Source: Trichosphaerium sp. ATCC 40318 (Eukaryota > Protista > Tubulinea). From it: a stretch of DNA of 64,000 nucleotides. This document shows positions 52,010 through 64,000 of this stretch, in pieces. Numbering within the stretch: the stretch's first letter is position 1; each line of letters begins with the position of its first letter. The translations under genes and the position numbers were made by a program. The notes under the pieces are model-generated. The model made no database searches, had not been told where the DNA came from, and saw only the letters and a program-made list of their open reading frames with translations. The stretch lies in NCBI GenBank assembly GCA_038496445.1, contig JALMLS010000354.1, forward strand, positions 124,001 to 188,000, in the 5' to 3' direction.

Positions 52010-53170
52010 ATGTATTATAAGTATTCTGATAATGGCTCAGAGAAACCAGGACTTACTTGCTGGGCAAATTGGGACGAATGGCTACAAGTCCGCCAAAAAT
52101 TGTTTCAAGACGATAAAGATGATCGATTATGGGCTAAGAAGAGAGTAAGAAATACGTACAGAGAGAAAAGCTAACAATTAAAGTTAATAACCTGGAAAGG
52201 GCGCGGATCACCAACACCATGCATAGAAATTTCTATTGGTGCGTTAATTGTTCTGTTTTAAGCAATATACACCAAACTTACACCATACAGCTCTAGTCGA
52301 TGTATTGGATCGTGTAAATAACGCCAAAGAATACGAAACAGATAAAACAGCACTTCGCGAAGAGCTTTGCTTGGTTATAATCAGGTAACATTTTTTTTTG
52401 CTTGCAACTTTCTGAAAAGTGATTTTGTAGAATGGTTAATTTGTTGGGATTTGAACGTGTTTCTGGTCATCTGGCACGCGATTTAACTGTTGGTTATCAT
52501 GTGATTGCACGTGACTTTTTGCGTATACCTCCGGCTATTATTCAAGTCAGACACAGAGTACGCCAATCAAGAATAGAGACGTTGAGTGTATTTGTTAACA
52601 AAATTGAAAGGCCACTCATGGCAAATTACCTAGTTTCTTTGAAGCAGTGGCAGTCGCCAAGATGGCATTAGAATACATTAAAGAAACCTACTGGGATTAT
52701 AATGTCAACAAGTACAATTTAGTTGCATCTAATGCAGGTCACGAGGTACAACACAAATAGGACTTTGCCATCTTTTCAACCTCGTAATGCTTATCTTAGA
52801 ATTCCACTTTACCTTCTCATATGGAACAACAAACAAAGAAGCCAGTGTGGACAAAAACAAATCAAGTGGACAAACTTAGTACGCACTAAACCACAATAAC
52901 AACAACTTGCTAACTATCATTAAGGCATCGGCGCAAGATTACCAAGTGATAGAGGCACGTCTCTTGAGCTAGATTGGGAGCTAGACTACACATCAACTGG
53001 TACATAATTTAACGTCCAATATATTCAGAGCTCTAACGCGTTTTAAATCAGATGTGTTGTACGTTAAAGGAGGATGGAGTGATATTATTATTCGTACACC
53101 GAAACGTAGCAACCAAAAAACAGAGCCTACACCAAAACGGCCAAACAGAAAAAGACGCAAAATGAAATAA
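52010..53170 (+). CDS. LAS1: Las1-like HEPN endoribonuclease (pre-rRNA ITS2 processing)
   Basis: Spliced: CWANWDEWLQVRQKLF..LITWKGRG..LREELCLVIIRMVN..IIQVRHRATHGKLPS..ALEYIKETYW (RHxxxH HEPN motif spans an intron); basic NLS-like C-terminus. Confidence 0.8.
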
Positions 53171-53894
53171 GATGATAGGATGGATGATCATCACAAAATA
53201 TTACAAAAACTGCGTAGTATGTACATTAAAACAGTCCTTATCTTTGAGGTATTTTTTTGATCAAAGTTTGTCGTTATTGTCAATAATGCTGTTTTGGTGT
53301 TTTAGGTGATATTACTACTGTAATAACTCTATATCTGACGCTCAAAAATGATAACATTGGCTACGCAGAGTTCTTCATAATTGTTAAACACAAGTAGATA
53401 CTTGCAAGTAAACCTTTTCGTTGACGGGTGAGCAGGTTTGTCCAGAAGGTGCACTACCGCATTTAAACAATAAAGAATGTCGCTTGAAAAGCTCTAATTC
53501 CTGTTTTGGATATGATAAGCGCAAGTGCTACAAAGGAGAGCGTAAGCAAGCATATTGCGAAAACAGAAATAAAAAGTGTGCACTAGTTTTCGGTTTTTAA
53601 CTATTCCAGCAATTCAAGCGATTGGGACACTAAAACGTCTTGGCCTTTAGCGTTTTAACAGCAAAACGTTGTCGGGTCTCTCTTTCTTCTGACAAAACGA
53701 AGATGTAAAAGAAGTAAAGGTTAAACAAGTTTTAAAGAATGTGCCACGCGTGCTAGTGATCTTTTGTTACAGTTTGTTTACAAATCGAAAGGGATCAGAT
53801 AACTGCAAAAATAAATATTTTAGTAGTTTTTTACGGACTTAGCCAGAAATTCAACCCAAGTTCATTTAGAAACCTCTCTGAAACTCCTCAAAGC

Positions 53895-55007
53895 ATGTCT
53901 AACGTTTACAAACTTGTGCTAGTAGGAATTGGTGCGTTATAGAGCGCCCCCAGCAGATCTTTTGAAGAAGCGTCTACTTACAATTTTAATTTACAGGTGG
54001 TGTGGGTAAATCGTGTCTCACTATTCGTACGTTACAATGATTCTTTATCTTGCTATTTATGCGTTTATGCAGAGTATATCAGCAATAAATTCGTTGATGA
54101 TTATGGTGCGTACTTACTAAGCTTGCAGGCAATATACTAATGTTTAAATAGATCCTGTGCGCATCTTACAGAACAACACAGTTTGTCTTTTAAATGCTTA
54201 CTAAATTATGCAGACCCTTGAGGATTCGTACAGGAAACAAGTGACGATAGACGAAGAAGAGTGTATCCTGGACATTTTTGGTACGTAGCGTTTGAAGCGA
54301 AACAGTTTCGATTGCGCTACTGGGCTCTAATTAACACCAAAACTGCAGATACTGCTGGACAAGAAGATTTTTCGGCAGTTCGTGACCAGTACATGCGCAC
54401 AGGCGATGGGTTTTTGTGCGTTTACTCAATTACCATGCAAGCCAGTTTCGATGAAGCTGTAAGCCTACACGAGCATATTCTACGCGTAAAGGACTCTGAA
54501 GAAGTCCCTTTTGTACTTGTCGGCAACAAATGCGATTTGGAAGAGGACAGAGAGATCCCTACAGATAAAGGCCAAAAATTAGCAGAAGAGGTGAGATATA
54601 GTTTCCCCGAGACTGGTTTTTTTCACAAAAAAAAAAATTCGCCAACACCCGTTGTTTCACGCTACGAAATATTTCGTGCACTCGAGTTTGGAACTACTAC
54701 TTTTGCAAAATTTGATTTCGAATTATGAATTAAAAAATTTTTTAATTCTGTTACCGTTTTTGTCGTTTGTATCTCGCAGATCACGTTTAGTATTCGTTAT
54801 AACTTACTTTTTTTGTGTTAGCTACGTTGCAAGTTCATGGAAGCATCTGCCAAGACACGACACAACGTCGTACAAGCTTTTGAGGCGTTAGTCCGTGAAA
54901 TTAAACGTTTCCGTAAACGTTACACAACAGACACTGAAGTCCAACCAAAAGAAGCCGACAATAAGAAAAAAACCAAGAGAAGGAGACGTCCTTGTGCTTT
55001 ACTCTAG
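53895..55007 (+). CDS. rasS: Ras-family small GTPase, RasS-like
   Basis: [61 protein letters not shown], polybasic plus CALL CaaX; PTLEDS and EDFSAVRD are as I recall them for Dictyostelium RasS. Confidence 0.9.
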
Positions 55008-55322
55008 AACAAGCTAGATGGAGCCTTTGTATTTATACCAACACTTCTATTGTACAATTTTTCTTTGAGTTACTTTTGTTACGTGTGTGTTTTTTTTGAA
55101 GCCATTTTTTTGATGGGAAAAATAGCTTGGCGCGTTTTGTGCGAGTTTTTGTGAGTCTATACGATTCGATTCCAAATAACTGCGCAGAAAGTACCATTTT
55201 ACCAAAACAAGACAATCTTTTTATCTTGGGTTCTTATCACCCATCTTCAAGATAAGGATGCCCGTGGTTAAAGTAAGATGTATCGAAACTTGAGGCACGA
55301 GGCCGATGTGTTGTCTACACAA

Positions 55323-56103
55323 TTACTTAATTGAGAGTTTTGTTTTTTGAAAGTTCGCAAATGAGGTGTTTTCGTTACGTACTTTGTGATTACGCAGAAC
55401 ATTGATTTTATAGCTAGGCGCTGTTGTGGTTTGTCCGTTGTTTAAAATACTTGATAGTGACATCTTATTGTTTTGGAGTATTTGTTTGGGTGATGGTAGC
55501 TTTGCTGTGTTGCGTTGTTGCTCATTGAGTGTCAATTGTCTCATCGGTGGCAACAAACTTGGGTAGTCGTTTATATCTGTCATTGTTTCTATAGAAAGTA
55601 ATTAAAGCGGAGGAATAGATATACAAATTTAATTGAAAGTCTGCAATAAAACAGAAATTCGTACCATCTTTAGTCTCAATTTGGTTTCGTTGTCGTTGCA
55701 TCATAGATACACCAACGTTTCGTAGGGATATAGAGCGTTTAAACGTCGGATACTGCGATAGTCTTCTTATCGGTATAAAATGTGGCGAAACTTGTCCAGA
55801 CTGCTGTGATTGTCGCATAAGCTTTGGATCAGTACCATCGAACGAGCGTGCTCGCGATCTGAACGCAGGTTTGGTTTTTCCGATCACATTGCGGTGGTTC
55901 GCGTATGGCACAAATTTTACATCTTTTTTTGGCGACCGAGATCGCCGTTCGGGGCTACGCGATGTTATACGTCTACCCCGCGTGTTTTCGTCAACTACGC
56001 TTTTTGATCTACTTCTTCGTTTTCCTAATCGCCACTGTTGAGACAGTGCTCTTATTTTATCGCGCATTGGGTCAACTTTACCAGATCTATTAGTTGTAAA
56101 CAT
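55323..56103 (-). CDS. Hypothetical R/S-rich low-complexity protein (at least 2 exons; 5' end uncertain)
   Basis: 193-aa ORF joined by a GT-AG intron (~55590-55663) to an 86-aa ORF with LLPPMRQL, LPSPKQIL and MSLSSIL motifs. Confidence 0.55.
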
Positions 56104-58345
56104 TACAACTAGGCAAAGGGGTTGTTGAAGTGGTTCAATTTACACGCGTACCTCTTCTTTTTAGGCGGTTCTTTAACCTTTACTGCACTTTTTTTTTCAA
56201 GTTTCCATTTATGCGTAAGCTTGTTCATCTCCAGCTGTCGAGGAGAAGGCGCTGCCATTTGTGCAATGAGTACAGTTTTAATAAACTGTAGTCGGTTTTA
56301 GGGTGGCTTTCGGTTTTTTTTTTTTGAAGCTTGTGGCGTTGTTTGCAATAGAGGATATAACCACCCAAACCGCTTGTGTTCGCGTATACTGCGAAGAGTA
56401 ATAACTTCCCAATCAAAAATGGTTCTGTTTTTTTGAAGACAAGGCTGGATCACTTAAGTTCTAAACTCGGTCGTAAAAAGTTTCCGAATCAAGTAAAAAT
56501 GTGCATACGATTGTACAACTATTCGTAAAACACCACAACAAGCGTACTTTTAAATAAGAGACATAATATTGCGTACCTTCTATATTCTTACATTGTATTA
56601 CTCCTCCACGTGTGGACCATGTGAGAACGTAGCAAGAATAAGTTTAATACCTTGACTCGAATACCGCGGTTTGCTTACGCATAAGTTTACCAATTACCCG
56701 AAAACGTCTCAGAATACGGCGTAGTGTTTTGTTTTTGGACAGAATGCATATCATCTCAAATCCTCCAAGCGGCATACGAATAGCGTTTTAAATATTGAGA
56801 CTACACCATGTAGGTGCCTACAGACATACAAAGCGCTACGCCAAAAAAGAACAATGTAAAAGAAAAATTCTAGTATTTGCCTTCCTTTTTTGAACACCAA
56901 TCTGCAACACATGCATTTTCATTGCAGACAAGGGTTTAACATTTTTTTAGAAGATTTGTAGTTTGTAGTTTTGAAATGATTTTGACGTGACCGAAAAAGA
57001 AAAAAACATGAAAACCCGCGAAAAGACATCACCACACAAACTCTTTGCGATGCTACAATTGAAAATAACTAAAGAATCCTCCATTTTTACGGCTTTCTTT
57101 TTTAATTTACATGCAAAACAACATGCCTGATAGTTAGTTACCCTGTGGCGACTCCGTGTTGAACGTTGTAGGAAGGGCTACTTACAATGGACAGTGTCGA
57201 AAGTTTTTGCGCTAAAGAAGTGGTTTGCATTGAGGACGTGTGCATGACCAGTACGTATACGGGTATATTGTAGTCATCTTTTCGTTTTGATCGTATAAAC
57301 AAATATTACCGAGCTTGACACTTGCTGCTTATTTCCTTCTTTAATTGCTGTCGTTGTCTGCTCGCCACTCAATTTTGTAACGTCTACAGGTTTCAGATGT
57401 TGTGGTTATTTAGAATAAATTATCATGGACCGTGCCTATGATCAACAGTGAAAGCGTCATAAGCATTATTTGGATAGAATACAGCAAGCATTTCATTTAG
57501 GAAAAAAAACAAACACCGTCAGCGAGTATGTATGACACGTGTAGTACGACAAAGCTTGGAGCTAGCGCTTCTACATTTTTAGTACCAAGGCTTGATTATT
57601 GCAAGTACTAGCTCTTGTGCAACTCTAAAAACGAATATATAGGCACTTGATTTGGTTTGCAAACGCTATGTAAATGAACCTACTACATCTGTATGCTTAT
57701 TTCGCTCAGGTGAGTGGTAGAAAAGAAACGAACCTATTTTCATTCTTCTGTTATTTTAGAGAAGACCTTGCTCTGTTTTACAAATTACGTTATGTCAAAT
57801 TTATTGTGTGATCACACTGTAAACTTTTTTTTGGTTACTGTTTTTGGCAATAAATTTTGGTAGCCGTGACTGAAACTAACTCTGGCGAGAAGTTTCAGCT
57901 TAATAGTTGTATCCCACTACTCTACTTCAAGTGTCTAGAAAGAAAATCTACGCCCAGGGTTTTGTTCACAGATGAATACTCCATGCCAGCTATAAGCACT
58001 TTTCAAAATAAAACCCCTCGCTCTATTATTATTGTCCGAGTCAGATTGTATAGCTCACGCGAATGCCAACTATCTACGATAGCTAAGCGGAAAGTTATTT
58101 CGAGTCATGTGTCAATCGACCATCAAACTTGTGAGCGGACTGAGGTGTCCTCATAAAAAATGATGACAATTCTTGCGATGCTCAAATTGAATGGCTTAAC
58201 CGCCAAAACTCCGTTGTAACCTTGTATACGAATACTACAAAGCATATAGCGCTTGTTGAAGCGATTTCGGAAGTATTGAGCGGAGATTTTCCTAGCTCTT
58301 GAAATAAGACGTTTTTTAAAATCGGTTAATTGTTAGGCGCCGCAG

Positions 58346-60438
58346 ATGTATCGTGTTGTAACACAGAAGGTACTAGCTCCTCTTTTTGCTGACAATCTGT
58401 TCTGACATTTGTAATAGTCTGCCTCTACTATCCGTTTAAAGCCATATAAGACGCAAAGAATGCGTTTAACCAGTCAAACAAAGAAGACAGATCTAAAAGA
58501 GCTCAAAAGTAACCTGGACAAGGCTGGTATTGAAGTAGAACAGCTTTACACTCCTTGTCTATCGATTGCATCGTATTGGATACGCTCTGGGAATACAGCA
58601 GCTGCCATCGATCCCTTACGCGAAGTAGAGCCCTATAGGTACACCTGAGAGCTTTAAATTGTTCTTCCAACAACGTTTCGCCAAAGGATTATTTGTTCTG
58701 TCTAAGAAACTTAGGGAGCGACTTTCCAAGTCTGATTCTTCGCTCAAGTACATTCTGGAGACGCATTTCCATGGCAAGAGTTTTTTTTTTGTTCGTACTG
58801 ACATTTTGGGTGCTAGCTGATTTCGTTTCTGGTCACCTGGAACTTGCACGTGAGTTTGGAGGCGAAATAGTATTTGGGTGCGGTGGAATTAGTTTTTCCG
58901 AGTTTTTTATGATTTGTGATATTAACATTCCATTTTGACTTGAGTTTAGACCAGGAGCTGAAGGTGAACTATCATTTGACGCTACGTATGTTTTTAGTAC
59001 TTTATTTAATTGGACTATCTTAATATTTTGCAAAGCATTCTCAAGGATGGAGATGTACTACCTATTGGTGTATGTTATTGATCAACCTTGTTCCCTCAAA
59101 TTAACATAACATAGGATGCTACTATCAAAGTATTACACACACCTGGACATACCCTAGAGTCAGTGTCATATTTGTTGCAAAGCTCTGAAGGTGCTTGTTT
59201 TTGTTGGTTTTTGTCAACCATTGTGGACAAACCTTGTTGTGGTTATTGACTGTGATATAGGAAAGGATGTCGCATTATTTACAGGCGATACTTTATTTAT
59301 TGGAGATGTTGGGCGACCTGATCTAGTAGCAGCAAAAGGATACACTAAAGAGGTGATAAAGAAGATGAAAAAGTATTCATGTTAACTTGCTTATCTTAGG
59401 TTCTTGCTTCTAAGCTATACGATAGCTTGAATAATAAGATTAAACCACTGGCTGATGACGTCATAATATTTCCTTCTCATGGGCCAGGAAGTGCATGTGG
59501 AAAAAATTTAGCACGTGTTCACCCAAAAAACCAAGTTTTTCTCTTAACTTTCTACAACAGGGCTCTGAGACATTTTCTTCGTTGGGTATCCAAAAACAGA
59601 CTAATCCATATCTACAAGATATTTCACGTGAAGATTTTGTCAAGATGCTTACAGCAGATTTGCCAAAACCACCAAATTATTTTTCATTTGATGTTAAAGT
59701 CAACAAGCAGGGCTACAAGTCCACAAAAGAGATAATGGATTCTTTAACAAGTATGAATGTATCTCAAATAGAACAAGCCATCAAGGATGGCGCAACAATA
59801 GTAGACACCAGGTACAGTTTCTCGTTTTTTTCCTCATCGAAATATCCGGTCGGAGTTATTGACAATCTCTAAAATAGGGATGACTCAGAGTTCTTAAAAG
59901 GGCATATACCGGGTAGTATCAGCATGCCGTTATCTGGAAGATTTGCAGAGTGGATTGGCAGGATTATTACTTCTTCTGAAAAAGTAGTACTCCTTACACA
60001 TGATGGTAACGAGGAAGAAGCTATAGTAAGGCTTAGCAGAATAGGTTTTGAAAATACTATGCTAGGTACAAACCTTCACCGAATTGTGTAACTGACGACA
60101 CCGTAGGATACCTAAAAGGTGGCATTGAAGCTTGGACTACAGCTGGAAAGGAGTGTTCTGTGATTCCTGTAGTCGATCAGAAGGACATCGCTTTAAAATC
60201 TAAGGATGTTTTGATTGATGTTCGTGCTGAAAAAGAATACAATGAAACACACCTACCAAATGCTTTGAATCTACCTCTTGCTGAGTTGAGACAGAAGATA
60301 AAACAACTAGAATGTGATTCTCAAGCTAGTGTTTATGTTCATTGTAAGAGTGGACTTCGTGCGCTTATTGGCGCTTCTATTATCAAAGCTTCTGGTTTTG
60401 AGAATGTGTACAGTGTTGGTCCTGTTGTATTTGAGTAA
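58346..60438 (+). CDS. MBL-fold persulfide dioxygenase-like hydrolase with two rhodanese domains (bacterial type), probable mitochondrial presequence
   Basis: EQLYTPCLSIASYWI..IDPLR, ETHFHADFVSGH, HTPGHTLES, FTGDTLFIGDVGRPDL, PSHGPGSACG, rhodanese GHIPGS and HCKSGLRA. Confidence 0.9.
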
Positions 60439-60621
60439 TCATCAATAAAAAAAAGTGGCTATGAATCACGTGACATTTGTTAGCGAAACTTGAAAACGTT
60501 GTTTCACTACTAAGCTCAACTTTGAGAGGGTAATCAATCCCCTTACTCTCTGGACTTGGAGGTGTATTAAAGGTAATTTATTGTTGTATGTAATAGCAAC
60601 TAAATTATGGAACGGTAATTT

Positions 60622-63105
60622 TTATTGTTTCTTAGTGAATAGCTTCTTTAGAAGCCAGGCAGTTGAATCATCTTCACTGGACATTGTCTTTAATATTGCT
60701 TCAAGTTTTGAACCTTCTCTGGCATCTTCAGCGTCCAATATACGCTCGAATAGATCGCTTTGGATCTTGAGAACATCAAGAGCTTTACTGTCATCCAAAA
60801 CTAATTTATCATCTTTTTCAACGATGTAACCCTAACCCAACAAAAACATGTTTGTTAGCACGTGTTGCGTGATTACTATGGTTTTTTTTTGTCTCATTCA
60901 CGTACAGCTTTATTGTATGTTTTGTAACAATTAATAGCACTTATAGTATAAGGACGTAAAGCGCTTGAATCTAGAGAGTATGAGTAAGTACTTTCTTGCA
61001 AAAAGTTTGTTTTTTTTTTGGGCTTACCAAACATTGCAAAGCGTCTCAAGTCCTGCATTGCAAAGCTACTCAATGTACTCTGAAGCTTTTCTAATGTGAT
61101 AGCACCTTTATCGTATAAAACTTTCATAAAATGCATAGCTGTTAACTCCGCTCTAGGTTCTTCCAAGACAGATTTTGTCGAAACTGTAAAACAACGTCAG
61201 AAATGATTTGACTAAAAAAAAAAACTTGTACCTGAAATGCAATCGAGTATGTGATCCAGACCATAGATAGCATGACCAAATTCATGGGAACTGACGTGGT
61301 ACATTATTGTATCGAAAGCGTCAAGCCTAGATGCCAAGGTATTGTCTTGAAACGTCTTATTTATAAGATCTTTTGTTTGAACCATTCTCTTAGCTGTACT
61401 ATTTTTTTGAAAAAAAAGTTAACAAACTTTCCATACACATTCCCTCGTGTGGGTCCTCTTCCTTACCTGACTGGATCAAAGTACACTTTAACACCCTTCT
61501 GATTCTTTACTTCAGATCTGTTTGGAATAGATTGTCCAGCTAAATAAGGATCGGAGTAAGAAACAATAATTCTCAAAAAGCGTATCAGTTTTCCGTACAA
61601 AATCTAAAGTGGTGGCTCATGCCAGACTGGAAAGGAATGTACACTATAGCCGCAAACGAGTTCTCAAGTGCGAAAAGGCCCTTCTTTGCAAGGTCACCAC
61701 TACGCTGCTTAAAGTAGTCTACCATATGCTACAAATGAAAAAAACGACGTTAACAAAATATCACAATAAAAAAAAATCTTGATCAAACCTTTTTAACATC
61801 CTGAATAACAGCGTTTTGTTCTTTAAACTGGACATCCACGAATCTAAGAGAGTAATCTGGGATTACTTTTGTTCGTAGTGGATCACCGTAACCATATTCT
61901 AATAGAATAGAATCGTAAGAAGAAAAAATAACGAACAAACAAACAAAAAACAAAAGGCAAAAAAAAAAAAAGGTACCAATATCATGAACAACTTGAATCC
62001 AGTATTTAATATCAGACCAAATAAAATCAAGTTCTTTCCACATATCTTCAAGTTTTTCGATATCCGTCTCAGCTAAGCAAACACGGTATTGTTTAAAGAA
62101 CTCTATATATCTCTTTTGTTCATCAGATAGGTTATCTATCTATTTCATAAAAGCATAAGACAACAACAAGACAGAGAAGAAGGATTAAACATACTTTTTT
62201 TAGTTCAGAAACGAGATCATCAAAAGCTTCCAGTAGAGGCGTAAACTCGTCTTTAAAATAAGAGGCATAAGACACATGGTATAGCTCTCCTTTATCGTTG
62301 AGCTGTATAACAGTATAGTGATTGTTGAACTTGTCTGGAACCTAAAAAGTTTCCATCAAAATAAAATTTGTTTTTTTTCTGCAAGAAAAAACTAACCTTG
62401 CCGTCCTTCTGCATCTCTATGAGCGTTTCGGCTACCTTATTACCTTGCACTGCCTTGCACCACGTGATGTAGTACTTATCGTACAGGCTTGCTATTTTAG
62501 CCGAGTGCGTTATCAACGCAGCGTCGAAAGGTTCAAAGCCGTGGTCAGGTTGTTCAAGGCGAAATTGAACAAACGATCTGATGATGTCCTGGCGAAGAAT
62601 TGAAGCATCTAAACGTTCATTAGCGAGTTGAATAACAATGTTTGGGTATTACCGAGCACTTTGTAGAAGTCTGGGGTGAATTCAGGTATACCCTCCCAGT
62701 TCCCTGTTGTAATTGCGTTTACTACCTATCAGATGCGTTAGAAGTACTATTATAAAACTACTCGTTTTTACCAACGATTCTTTTTCTGAACCGAGTATTG
62801 TTCTGTAACTCGCCAAAGCGCTGTCTTTTGTGAATAAATCGACAGATTTGGTCTCCATAGCACGTAGGATGTCAAGCTTTTGGAGCTTTGAAAAATTTTC
62901 CTAGATCGTCGGTGAGAACAACAAGAGGTATTGTTTGATAAAGAATCTATCAATATGGAGCGTTTTAACGGTTTTTGAGGTTTACCTTATCGTAGAGTGC
63001 GCGTAAGTCAGCCATTGGTACTTCTTTCTGTTTGTATGGTAAGTATATTTGTATAACTACGGCTAAAACACAAGCGGCTACCAGCCAAGTTATAAAAGTG
63101 TTCAT
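60622..63105 (-). CDS. Zincin-like metalloprotein (HEFGH...EEPRAE) resembling CiaB-type proteins, N-terminal signal/TM
   Basis: MNTFITWLVAACVLAVVIQIYL; WKELDFIWSDIKYWIQVVHDIEYGYGDP; YHVSSHEFGHAIYG; VLEEPRAELTA. Confidence 0.7.
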
Positions 63106-63110
63106 CTCGC

Positions 63111-64000
63111 TTAGTTGAGATTTTTTTTCAAGTCCCGCACTTTTTGCTGTCTCTTCTTTTGCTTTTCGAGCCATCTATCCATCACTCTCTTTCGTGTCGA
63201 TGACGCCTTATAACTATCCATAGCTTTAGCATGGCTTGGTGACACAGTCTGACTATCTGACAGTGTCTTTGACGAAGCACGTGGTGTTTTAGTGCTTTTT
63301 GTTGCCGTTCTGGATGAATCATAAGTCTTTGGAACCTTTTTCAAGTCAATCTCCGTTGGTGGCCAAACCTTGTCAATAGCAGGTCCCATATACGCAGGGA
63401 ATCTAATCTAAGGCATCAGTCTACATACCAAGAGGATAATTACCTTGGTAACCCTGCGTCTGTTAGACCCTGATATCTAAATGTAATTATACTCCCTAGT
63501 AGTGTCACAGGTGAGTGCATCATTCAATACGGAATACGAACCAACTTTTGGAGGGTCGTCTCTATCTGCATCCGTGAAGCCAGTTCCAATTTTAAATTTT
63601 ATCTTATTGCCAAGTTCTACCATTAATGCTCCTATGCAACTCACTTCAGCTTTGATTTCTTGGAACGTTATTGTTTTCTGTACCTGTAGATCCTATGTTT
63701 TTACCTTTTCCTTTAACATGTGATATTACTTTAGCTTCTGTATCCTGGAATGATTTCACCTTTAACAAGTCACCAGAACGACCACCATGATATTTAGACT
63801 TTGGTCTCCTCAACATTAATCCTTCTCCACCTTTCTCTTCGATACTTGATAACTCCTCCATTAGATGTTCTTTACTCTTACCAATAATATTTAACAAGGT
63901 AAGCGAGTATTAGTCATACCTTAACAAGCTGTTGGGTTGTCAACGTGATGTGTTTGGAGTCTTTTGGTAAAATGCTCTTCAAGTGCTCCATGCGTGTTTC
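63111..64000 (-). CDS. Small ATP-dependent DNA ligase (minimal adenylation plus OB type), 5'-partial
   Basis: GGEGLMLRRPKSKY..GRSGDLLKVK (motifs IV/V), GKGK, FKIGTGFTD, FRYQGLT..GLPRFP (motif VI), followed by a K/S/T-rich tail. Confidence 0.9.

Overview
Gene-dense eukaryotic (protist) nuclear DNA, standard genetic code, with many short (~35-60 nt) spliceosomal introns, so the ORF track shows only exon fragments; the gene models below were spliced by hand and their boundaries are approximate. A Dictyostelium RasS-type Ras suggests Amoebozoa (inference). About 22 genes: NPC1-like (partial), INTS6, mitochondrial MetRS, a D-cysteine desulfhydrase-like protein lacking the PLP lysine, a Lys1-like/C/A/T/R (Lys2) fusion, fumarate reductase-b5 reductase fusion, two paralogous 'DWY' repeat proteins (one with a C-terminal nuclease-like domain), a PSI/IPT single-pass receptor with a cytoplasmic RasGAP, RPL23A, DDX54, GPI8, a Zn-finger/LysM protein, a SOD-like protein, MPP-beta, S53 peptidase, Las1, Ras, MBL-rhodanese, a CiaB-like zincin and a small ATP-dependent DNA ligase (partial). 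The strongest candidates for novel biology are (1) the alpha-aminoadipate reductase fused to a catalytically degenerate saccharopine dehydrogenase, (2) the modular repeat plus nuclease family, probably mitochondrial, and (3) the plexin-like RasGAP receptor. No rRNA, tRNA or CRISPR array was recognised.
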